Part shown: piece after piece, positions 7,769 to 15,704 of the stretch
How the letters are laid out: every line of letters begins with the position of its first letter
Numbering within the stretch: the stretch's first letter is position 1
DNA from: Flavobacteriales bacterium
GTDB taxonomy: Bacteria; Bacteroidota; Bacteroidia; Flavobacteriales_D; CAJJDF01
Direction of reading: 5' to 3'
Length of the DNA stretch: 43,661 bases
Assembly (NCBI GenBank): GCA_049609665.1
Contig: JBMYYT010000001.1
Location: forward strand, 1 to 43,661
Notes under the pieces: generated by a model
Told to the model about the DNA's origin: nothing
What the model saw: the letters and a program-made list of their open reading frames with translations, nothing else
Databases searched by the model: none
Program-made: the position numbers and the translations under genes

Positions 7769-9816
7769 TGGATTACAATTTTTTTTGTCACTAATGAATT
7801 ATCAATTTTGGCTCTAAGGATAAACACCCCTTTTAATTCTCCAAAATCTAATTTAGTATTAGAAATTATCGAAATAGGGATTTTTTTACCGTCAATTCCG
7901 TGCAAAGATAATACCTCTATACTTTCACTTTTATTTGTACTAAATGTTACATATCTATCGCTTGGATTTGGAAACAACGTTAAACTTGGGTTTTCAAATA
8001 AATCATCTATTCCAACTCCGTTAACATTAATACAGGCGGTTGTATCTACACAACCATTTTTGGTAATTTTCAGGGCATATGTGCCATTAGAATCAGGCAT
8101 TAACCGCCTACCGGTTTGACCTGGAATTGGCGAATATCCGTTTCCACAATCTAACCATTGAAAAGAGGATAAGGAAGAAGTGTCATTTGATTGAATTAGA
8201 AATGAATTAGTAAAAAGGCTCAAATCCATTGGAGTTTTATACAATCTAAAATATAATAGGCTATCATTTCCAGCAGAATTTGTTAAGGTATCAATGTATC
8301 TTCCTGAGGAAGATGCAACTGCTCCATTAGGTAGTGTATAACTTCCACAAATAACATAGTTTTGAAAATCCATAGGAGATTCCGTAGCACCAATTTCTCT
8401 GGTCCCATTTATTAATCCATTTTGTGCATTACTCTTATCTAAAGTATCGCCATTTTCGATAGCGTAGCTTGGATATACAGGCATTAAAGAGACTGTTCTG
8501 TTGCCATTAAGCTGCAATGGTCCAAGCTTGAGTGCCAACGAATCCATTTGACAGCTATCCGTTTTTGTTAGGGTTATTCCTCCAAACGAATTTGTAAGGT
8601 TATATCTTGTTCCTTCAAAAACATTATGCCCTAAGGACCAGTAGCTTCCACTAGTATGAGGGAAGTAGAGACTATTGTTTAAATATATTGAGCCCTTAAT
8701 AGACATAGATCTGGAGTGAATATTAGTTTTATTGTAAGCAATTGTAGAATTATTAATTCTTGTAACCGCGGACCTACTTGATGAGAAGATGTATGCTTCA
8801 GAATTATTACTTTTATTCCTAGCTAAGGTTGAACGATTTAGTTCGAGCAAAGCAGCATCTGTATATATTGCACTTCCCTTGTAATTACAATAATTATTAG
8901 ATACAGAAGAGCTGTTCACAAAAACTCGATTAGCTCCTGAACCTAAAAATCTTGCTCCAAAACCACCACCTGCATTTGCCAAATTATTATTTATATTACA
9001 GTTTTCAACAACAACAGAGTCTAATCCAGAAGAAGAGTAATAAACGAAAAATGCCCCTCCGTATGCACCTGTCATATTATTATTTAAATCTGAATCAATG
9101 ATTTTAACAGCAGATTTTATGGCCCTGTAGTAACAATATAAGGCTCCACCACCTCCATTTCCAGAAGATCCTGTTGGAATTGGGTTACCACTGGAATTTC
9201 GATTTAATTTTGAATTAATCACAAAACATTTAGCTGTTTTTGGGTAATTTGTGCTACTCAAGGAAATTGCTCCACCGTTATATCCTGACAAATTATTAGA
9301 AATATCGCAATTGATAATGTTAACATGAAAAATGGTATCGGATGAATACCCCTGAATTGCACCCCCACGATTTGCAGTATTATATTTTAATACTGAATTT
9401 TTTATTGTCAGCCTCTCCCCATCAAAATTGATTGCTCCGCCAAAACCCGAAACTTTACCTCTGATAAGCACCATACTATCCAAAATTAAGTTTTTGCCAA
9501 GAGACGAGGTGTCTAAAATTGCATTAAAAATTCTAACTGAATCATTCCCGCTTAGAAAAAGTGTGTCAGATGAATTATAAAGTCCAATAAAAGTAAGTGA
9601 CTTAGAAAAACTTATTGTTGAATTAAGAATAATTGTGTCACTACCAAAAGATATTAATGAACTTGAGAATCGAATAGTATCAGCATTATTGGAAGAAGCG
9701 ACTGCATTTCTCAAAGATCCAATCCCAGAATCATTTGTGTTGGTCACTAATTTTAGACCAGAGAAGGCGCTAAAAGAAAAAAATAGAAAAGTAAGAAATA
9801 GAAATGTTTTATTCAT
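7765..9816 (-). CDS. secreted Pmp-like beta-helix/T9SS-CTD protein (paralogue 3, medium form)
   Basis: The ORF track starts at 9855. I prefer ATG 9816 (MNKTFLFLTFLFFSFSAFS), which gives a proper signal peptide and 683 aa. Cap 'LVTNTNDSGIGSLRNAVASSNNADTIRF', GGAI/FxxN-type rungs, one Cys-repeat-like unit, a 4-Cys 'FQWLDCGNGY...NGCVDTTAC' module, and CTD 'LFPNPSDRYVTF'. Confidence 0.82.
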   Translation of the reverse strand: MNKTFLFLTFLFFSFSAFSGLKLVTNTNDSGIGSLRNAVASSNNADTIRFSSSLISFGSDTIILNSTISFSKSLTFIGLYNSSDTLFLSGNDSVRIFNAILDTSSLGKNLILDSMVLIRGKVSGFGGAINFDGERLTIKNSVLKYNTANRGGAIQGYSSDTIFHVNIINCDISNNLSGYNGGAISLSSTNYPKTAKCFVINSKLNRNSSGNPIPTGSSGNGGGGALYCYYRAIKSAVKIIDSDLNNNMTGAYGGAFFVYYSSSGLDSVVVENCNINNNLANAGGGFGARFLGSGANRVFVNSSSVSNNYCNYKGSAIYTDAALLELNRSTLARNKSNNSEAYIFSSSRSAVTRINNSTIAYNKTNIHSRSMSIKGSIYLNNSLYFPHTSGSYWSLGHNVFEGTRYNLTNSFGGITLTKTDSCQMDSLALKLGPLQLNGNRTVSLMPVYPSYAIENGDTLDKSNAQNGLINGTREIGATESPMDFQNYVICGSYTLPNGAVASSSGRYIDTLTNSAGNDSLLYFRLYKTPMDLSLFTNSFLIQSNDTSSLSSFQWLDCGNGYSPIPGQTGRRLMPDSNGTYALKITKNGCVDTTACINVNGVGIDDLFENPSLTLFPNPSDRYVTFSTNKSESIEVLSLHGIDGKKIPISIISNTKLDFGELKGVFILRAKIDNSLVTKKIVIQ

Positions 9817-9833
9817 GGTAAAAAATAATTTTA

Positions 9834-9843
9834 GTAAATTTAC
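9834..9843 (-). promoter_or_regulatory. 10-bp perfect palindrome GTAAATTTAC containing a -7-like box (TAAATTTA) upstream of paralogue 3
   Basis: Read directly from the sequence. It lies 18 nt upstream of ATG 9816, within the 99-bp divergent region. The box differs from TAnnTTTG at the last base. Confidence 0.25.
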
Positions 9844-9915
9844 AAAAAAACACATATAAACCTATTGTTTTCAGGCATTTATCGGGTTTTGTTATTGATT
9901 ATTTAAAATAATTTT

Positions 9916-12528
9916 ATGAAAAAATATTTTTCACTACTTGCCATACTTATTTCTTTTAACACTTTTGCGACTAATCATATCGTTAACAACCTTAATGATA
10001 ATGGACCTGGTTCTTTAAGAAATCAAATAACTATGTCAATGGATGGAGATACTGTTTCATTCGCATCCCATATTGCTAACGGTAAAAATGACACTATTTA
10101 TTTGGACTCGGCTCTTAAAGTAAATTCGTCAATAATTATTATTGGGACACTAAACTCAACAGACACTTTGGTATTGAGCGGACAAAGTTTGCATCAAATT
10201 ATGTATGCTAATCTGAATGGAAACTCAAGACAATCACTTGAAATACAAAATATTGCTTTTATTGACGGAAGCAATCTTAGCAGTGAAGCCGGGGCACTTT
10301 TTTTCAGAGGAGATTCATTGACTTGCAACAATTTATTTTTCAAATTCAATTCTGCGGGAGGTGCAGGAGCGGTATCTATTTTTTCGGAATATGGTACTTC
10401 AGGATATTTTGACTACATGAGTTTCAAAAACTGTAAATTTTATAATAACACAGCCATAGGAGGTAGCTCAGGTGCTTTGAATTTGTATTCTTCCGAAACA
10501 ATGAATGTTTTTATTGAAGATTGTGAGTTTAAATTCAACTCCAGCCCTTCGGAGGGTGGGGCGATTAGAGCTTTAGGCGATAGACTTAAGGTTGAATTAA
10601 ACAGATCGAAAGTCGATTTTAATACAGCATCTGGTGATGGGGGAGGAATTTATTTAAAATCTACTTTTGGCGATGTTCAATTTTTTCTTAATAATTCAAC
10701 TATAGATTACAACTCCAGCCAAAAAAACGGAGGAGGAATTTATTGTTTAAATAAGTCTTATGGAACTAAATTGTCTTTAAACAACTCATCCGTTTCGTTT
10801 AATTTATGCAGCCAAAAAGGAGGAGGAATATATAACCAAATTCAATCAACAAGCACTCCATATTATTCGCAGATTAACAGTCAAAACTCAAAAATAAATG
10901 GCAACTCAGCAAATTCATCGGGAGGTGGTATATATTTTAATTCCAGTGACTCAACAGCTTTATTTATGAAAAACAGTGAGGTTAATGGCAATTCTGCTAT
11001 TGATGGGGGTGGAGTTAATTTTTATGGGAAACTATATGTTGATGTAGATAAATCTGAATTTAGAAAAAACACAGCCTCTTCGGATGGAGGTGGGCTTTTT
11101 TTTGAGGGAAATACTTTTTACGGGAGTCATGATCTGTTTTTTAAAGAAACAGTTTTTTCTCAGAACGTTTGTCAATCTGATGGTGGTGCAATTAGCTATA
11201 TAGGATTTGGATATCCAGAATTAACTGTAGAGTTTTGTGAATTAGATAGCAATGTTGCTAATTCTGGTAGGGGTGGAGCAATATATTACGGCAATCAATC
11301 TCGAATGCCTTATTTAAAGACGAACAACACTACTTATTCAAGGAATATAGCGACTTATGGTGGTGCTATTTATATGTACTCTAAATATAGCACTACACTC
11401 GTGAACCATATGGATATTGAAAATATTACTGTGGTTGATAACGAAGCACTGAATTTTGGTGGCGGAATATGTCTGGTTATATTCAACTCTTCCCAACCTG
11501 TTCAATCCAATTTGGTAATCAAAAATTCAACTTTTTATAACAATATTAAAGGAGGAATATACACACGTGTAAACAATGGAGCTGTTGCATCTGAAGTGGA
11601 GATTAAAGGATCACTTGTGTTTAGCAATGACACTATGAATTTATTTACCGATAGTATTATTTCTGGTGGGTACAATGCTTTTGAAGATAATGTGGTTAAT
11701 GGTTCTAAAACAACTGATTTGTTGGGACTAACAAACTCTCAATTAAATTTAAACTCATTGCAGTTTAATGGTGGTTTTGGAAAAACGGTTATGCCAAAAA
11801 CTTCAAGTGTTCTGTATAATTCGGGAAACCCATCGGATATATCAAAAGCGCAAAATTGGAATATAAAAGGAATAAGAGAAATAGGAGCTTGTGAGCATCT
11901 TAATCTTGCAATAATATACGATACAATTTTCGCCTGTCGAAACTACCCTTCTCCTTCGGGAAACTATTTATGGAATAATTCGGGTGATTATCAGGATCAG
12001 ATAATTTCTAACCCTGGGGACACAGTTTTTTTCATTAATCTTACGGTAGGATTAAAAGCTACACAAACATTGGTTTACCCATTTCTAAGATCAAATGACA
12101 CAGGAGCAACTTATAGATGGTTAGATTGTAGCAATGGTTACTCCGTAATTTCGGGAGCAACTAGCCAGTGGTTTAAACTAACTGCAAATGGGAGCTATGC
12201 CGTTGAAGTTTCCAAGAATGGATGCACGGATACTACTTCCTGCATATCAATAAATAATGTTTCTGTTAAAGAAAGTTTCAAGTCTAAAAATGAATTGAAA
12301 ATCTACCCGAATCCCACTTCAACGAATTTGACAATCGAGATTCCTGAAGGAGTTGATGAATCGGCTATCCTAATAGTAAGAGATGTAAATGGCAGAAAAG
12401 TCTTTCAAAAATCACACATAACTGACGATCAATTGTTTTTAGATTTTAGTCCATTTAAATCAGGAATGTATATCATCGAATTGACAAAAGGAAAAACAAT
12501 TTATAGATCAATTGCAATTAAAAATTAA
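9916..12528 (+). CDS. secreted Pmp-like beta-helix/T9SS-CTD protein (paralogue 4, only member on + strand)
   Basis: 870 aa. Signal peptide, cap 'HIVNNLNDNGPGSLRNQITMSMDGDTVSF...LNSTDTLVLSG', many 'N(S/N)SxxxFNxxxxxGGGIY' rungs, 'GYNAFEDN...FNGGFGKTVMPK...AQNW...REIGACE', 4-Cys module 'YRWLDCSNGY...NGCTDTTSC', and CTD 'IYPNPTSTNLTIE...GMYIIEL'. Confidence 0.85.
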   Translation: MKKYFSLLAILISFNTFATNHIVNNLNDNGPGSLRNQITMSMDGDTVSFASHIANGKNDTIYLDSALKVNSSIIIIGTLNSTDTLVLSGQSLHQIMYANLNGNSRQSLEIQNIAFIDGSNLSSEAGALFFRGDSLTCNNLFFKFNSAGGAGAVSIFSEYGTSGYFDYMSFKNCKFYNNTAIGGSSGALNLYSSETMNVFIEDCEFKFNSSPSEGGAIRALGDRLKVELNRSKVDFNTASGDGGGIYLKSTFGDVQFFLNNSTIDYNSSQKNGGGIYCLNKSYGTKLSLNNSSVSFNLCSQKGGGIYNQIQSTSTPYYSQINSQNSKINGNSANSSGGGIYFNSSDSTALFMKNSEVNGNSAIDGGGVNFYGKLYVDVDKSEFRKNTASSDGGGLFFEGNTFYGSHDLFFKETVFSQNVCQSDGGAISYIGFGYPELTVEFCELDSNVANSGRGGAIYYGNQSRMPYLKTNNTTYSRNIATYGGAIYMYSKYSTTLVNHMDIENITVVDNEALNFGGGICLVIFNSSQPVQSNLVIKNSTFYNNIKGGIYTRVNNGAVASEVEIKGSLVFSNDTMNLFTDSIISGGYNAFEDNVVNGSKTTDLLGLTNSQLNLNSLQFNGGFGKTVMPKTSSVLYNSGNPSDISKAQNWNIKGIREIGACEHLNLAIIYDTIFACRNYPSPSGNYLWNNSGDYQDQIISNPGDTVFFINLTVGLKATQTLVYPFLRSNDTGATYRWLDCSNGYSVISGATSQWFKLTANGSYAVEVSKNGCTDTTSCISINNVSVKESFKSKNELKIYPNPTSTNLTIEIPEGVDESAILIVRDVNGRKVFQKSHITDDQLFLDFSPFKSGMYIIELTKGKTIYRSIAIKN

Positions 12529-13611
12529 TTATTGTTTTATTACTCTTGTTCGATATAACTTTTCATCAGCAATAATCTGGATAAAGTATATTCCCGAAGG
12601 ATAATCTATTAATGATATTTTATTCTCCGAAGCATTTATTTGTCCACTTTTTATAATTTCACCTGTTGGGTTTAACACATAATATTTTGAATATTTTTGT
12701 GGAAGTTCCAAAAAAGAAAAATCAGATGAACTTGGATTTGGGAATACTTTTATTGCTTCAATATTGTCTCTGTCTATACCATTGATCTTAAAACAATTCA
12801 AACTAACGATGGTAAACTCCCTAATTACTTCACCAATTTTCACTCCATTTCTAAACTCCTCACATTTTAAAACAACAATAAAATTTCCCAAAAGCTGACT
12901 TCTTGCAGACAACATACCTGTTACAGAATTTAAAGTGCTTGTCCCTGAGACTCCAAAGATACTTCCGAAAGAATACCCTGGATTATAGCTTCCCGAAGAG
13001 AACGGTTTGTTAGTGTCTCCAGTGGTTGAAATGGGAATAAAGGAGTATGCCAAGCTATCGCCATCAACATCTATACATGACAAATCAATTTGTTTAACGG
13101 ATGAAGCTACATTGACAAATGCTTGAACGGGAAATCGTCCAAACTTTGGAGAATTATTTTTCCCTAATAATGCCGGATCTGGAATTGATACCCTCCATGT
13201 TCTTGAACCATTATCAGATGCAACATTTGTGGAGTTTCCCTTACCACAACAATGCACATAAGTCATAAAATACCCATTTAAATTGTTAGGCAAATTAATG
13301 ATTCTTGAATAGAAATGAGTTTCTATGCAAGGCTGAAAATTTGAAGAGTCACATCCAATAATTACATTTCTCGATGAGTCTTTTTGAATTGATATCTTCT
13401 GCAGCAATGTGTTGGTCGTTTTATCGTAAACTCTAAAATCTCTCAATGAATCAGGAGCAACCATTCCGTGGCAATATCTAAACATTTTCAAACTAACCCG
13501 AAAATGATTATTGCTTATTTGTTCTACCTGCATATCCCCTCCTAAAATATGTGTTGCACTTGAAAAACCAGTGATAAAAACCAGCATTAATGAAATAATC
13601 AATTTTTTCAT
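12529..13611 (-). CDS. Cys-rich secreted protein with T9SS C-terminal sorting domain, unrelated to the beta-helix paralogues
   Basis: 360 aa. After the signal peptide the mature end is 'THILGGDMQVEQ'. About 10 Cys, including 'HCCGKG'; a 'DVDGDSLAYS' motif; CTD 'VFPNPSSSDFSF...GIYFIQI'. Its ATG overlaps the upstream stop (ATGA). Confidence 0.8.
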   Translation of the reverse strand: MKKLIISLMLVFITGFSSATHILGGDMQVEQISNNHFRVSLKMFRYCHGMVAPDSLRDFRVYDKTTNTLLQKISIQKDSSRNVIIGCDSSNFQPCIETHFYSRIINLPNNLNGYFMTYVHCCGKGNSTNVASDNGSRTWRVSIPDPALLGKNNSPKFGRFPVQAFVNVASSVKQIDLSCIDVDGDSLAYSFIPISTTGDTNKPFSSGSYNPGYSFGSIFGVSGTSTLNSVTGMLSARSQLLGNFIVVLKCEEFRNGVKIGEVIREFTIVSLNCFKINGIDRDNIEAIKVFPNPSSSDFSFLELPQKYSKYYVLNPTGEIIKSGQINASENKISLIDYPSGIYFIQIIADEKLYRTRVIKQ

Positions 13612-15704
13612 ATTCGTATAATTTTTAGAGTTTTTGTAAGGTTTTTTGATTGTATTAATAGATAATAATTTCCTGATGGAAAATCCAAAAGGTCAATATT
13701 TAGCTCCGATTTATCAATTTTTTCTTTTTTCAATAGAATTTCCCCCAGATTATTAATTAGCACATAAGAATCTATTAATTCATTTGAAATTGATTTCAAA
13801 TTCACAATGTTAGCAGTCGGATTAGGGAAAACTAAAAAGGCATTATCCTCAATATTTTCTGTTAAATTCAAATTATTAATTTTTATACATTGAGAGGTAT
13901 CAGTACAGCCATTTTTTGTAACAGCCAACGCGTAACTCCCATTTGATGGGATTGAAAAGTAAAATCCTGTATCACTTATATAAGGAGCAAAATTATTATA
14001 ACAATCAAGCCATTGCAAAGAAGATAAGGTGTCATCAGCTTTTAAGTAGGGATGTACTATCGTTATTCCAGTATTAATTTTTTCAACAACTAACTCATAA
14101 ACGCTATCACATCCAGATGGGTTTAGAATAACCTCTCTGTGAATCCCTGTGTTGTTGATTAATTTTCCCCTCCAAGAAATTGGCAAACTACATTGCATAT
14201 AAAACAGACTATCTTTTAATTGACAATTATATTCTGCTGCACCAATATCCCTGTTTCCTATTAACTTTCGGTTTTGAGCATCAGAGGTATCTGCGGTGTC
14301 GCCATTATTTATAGCAATACTACCAGGCTTAGGAGATCTGGTTTTGGAAAAACCTCCATTGTCTTGAAAGTCACTTAAATTCAAACTAACATCCGAGACG
14401 GACAAATAATCCGAGGAAATAGCATGAAATAAAGAATCATCGATAATATTAAAACCCTTAGAAGTTAAAAAAGCAGTATCAGAAAAATTAGGTCCATTAT
14501 TATTGGAATAAATCGAATTGGCTGAAGACACTTTATAGTTTGGGCTATAAAACTCAACTGCTGTTTCGCCAAGGGCAGATTCATTATTATAAACTGTTGT
14601 ATTGGTTAATGATAAAGTGGAAAGATCATTGTTGTATTGAGAATAATTAACCGTAGCGTTAATTGCGCTTCCTTTGCCATGAGTTCTGTTTTTCTCGAAA
14701 GTACAACGGTTAATATCTACTACAAAATTAGATTGTTGACTGTAGTAAGGGCAAATGTGAAGGGCTCCCCCAACTGTTCCCGATGAGTTGTTATAAAACG
14801 TACAGGCATCAATATTGGCTTCAACATAGAAATAGGAACGTAAGTACATTACTCCTCCTGATGAATCCGAATGGTTGTTTTCAAAGGAACAAGTATTAAT
14901 AGAATATAAGCTCCCAAATGAGGCAGAACTATTATAGGTAACTCCTCCATATTTAGAAGTGTTGTTGGAAAACCTGCTAGAATTTATCGTTACATTTCTA
15001 CCTACCAAAACACCTCCAGACCAAACGGCCGAGTTTTTGTTAAATGTTGAGTTATTAATTTCAATCACTGGAGAACCTGTAAACCCCATATAAATAACAC
15101 CTCCAGACCAAACGGCCGAGTTTTTTGAAAATAAACAGCCGTCAATTTTCACAAGATATCTGGCATCAATAACACCTCCTCTCGAATTGGCATGATTGTT
15201 TTCAAAAGTTGAATTTGTGAGGACTGCATATTGGGTATAAATAACCCCTCCCTGAGTGGCAACATTGTTTTTGAATATTGAATTCGAAACAAATAATGTA
15301 TCACTATAGGAATTCATTTTTATTGCTCCACCTAAGGCACCGCCATTGCCATTAATCAAGCACACACTGTCAAATACAATATTGTAAGGAGAAGTTGAGC
15401 TTATTGTATTAATAACAAAATGCTGACTGTTTGGACCAGCGCTAATAAAAAGAGTGTCTGTTGCATTATAAAGCCCTTTGATAACAATTTTTTTGTTAAA
15501 AACAATAGAGGTATCAAGAAATAAAAATTGATTTCCCGAATTAATAAAATTAGGGTTGAATCGAATCGTATCCCCTTCACTTGCAAGCCCAATATTATGT
15601 CTTAGAGTTCCAAATCCGTTATCAAAAAGGCTATTGACAACAAACGTTGCTGCAAAAGAATTGACGGTATATAAAACTATAAGAATTGAAATTATTCTTT
15701 TCAT
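13608..15704 (-). CDS. secreted Pmp-like beta-helix/T9SS-CTD protein (paralogue 5, medium form)
   Basis: 698 aa. Cap 'FVVNSLFDNGFGTLRHNIGLASEGDTIRF...YNATDTLFISA', rungs 'NSTFENNHANSRGGVI', 'GFNIIDDS...DNGGFSKTRSPKPGSIAINNGD..DAQNR...RDIGAAE', one Cys repeat '...GCDSVYELVVEKI', 4-Cys module 'LQWLDCYNNF...NGCTDTSQC', and CTD 'VFPNPTANIVNL'. Confidence 0.85.
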   Translation of the reverse strand: MKRIISILIVLYTVNSFAATFVVNSLFDNGFGTLRHNIGLASEGDTIRFNPNFINSGNQFLFLDTSIVFNKKIVIKGLYNATDTLFISAGPNSQHFVINTISSTSPYNIVFDSVCLINGNGGALGGAIKMNSYSDTLFVSNSIFKNNVATQGGVIYTQYAVLTNSTFENNHANSRGGVIDARYLVKIDGCLFSKNSAVWSGGVIYMGFTGSPVIEINNSTFNKNSAVWSGGVLVGRNVTINSSRFSNNTSKYGGVTYNSSASFGSLYSINTCSFENNHSDSSGGVMYLRSYFYVEANIDACTFYNNSSGTVGGALHICPYYSQQSNFVVDINRCTFEKNRTHGKGSAINATVNYSQYNNDLSTLSLTNTTVYNNESALGETAVEFYSPNYKVSSANSIYSNNNGPNFSDTAFLTSKGFNIIDDSLFHAISSDYLSVSDVSLNLSDFQDNGGFSKTRSPKPGSIAINNGDTADTSDAQNRKLIGNRDIGAAEYNCQLKDSLFYMQCSLPISWRGKLINNTGIHREVILNPSGCDSVYELVVEKINTGITIVHPYLKADDTLSSLQWLDCYNNFAPYISDTGFYFSIPSNGSYALAVTKNGCTDTSQCIKINNLNLTENIEDNAFLVFPNPTANIVNLKSISNELIDSYVLINNLGEILLKKEKIDKSELNIDLLDFPSGNYYLLIQSKNLTKTLKIIRI
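15009..15125 (-). repeat. intragenic 30-nt perfect direct repeat spaced 87 nt (one beta-helix rung) in paralogue 5
   Basis: AACACCTCCAGACCAAACGGCCGAGTTTTT occurs at 15009-15038 and at 15096-15125. Both copies encode KNSAVWSGGV, 29 codons apart. Confidence 0.9.

Noticed and set aside
9817-9855. N-terminal extensions given in the ORF track: MCFFVNLLKLFFT before paralogue 3, GTG 39434 before the trmH-like gene, GTG 40093 before the MORN protein, and ATG 30043 for the MFP.
   Set aside because: In each case the internal ATG is followed immediately by a canonical signal peptide or conserved N-terminus. The extensions add non-signal-like residues or overlap the upstream gene.
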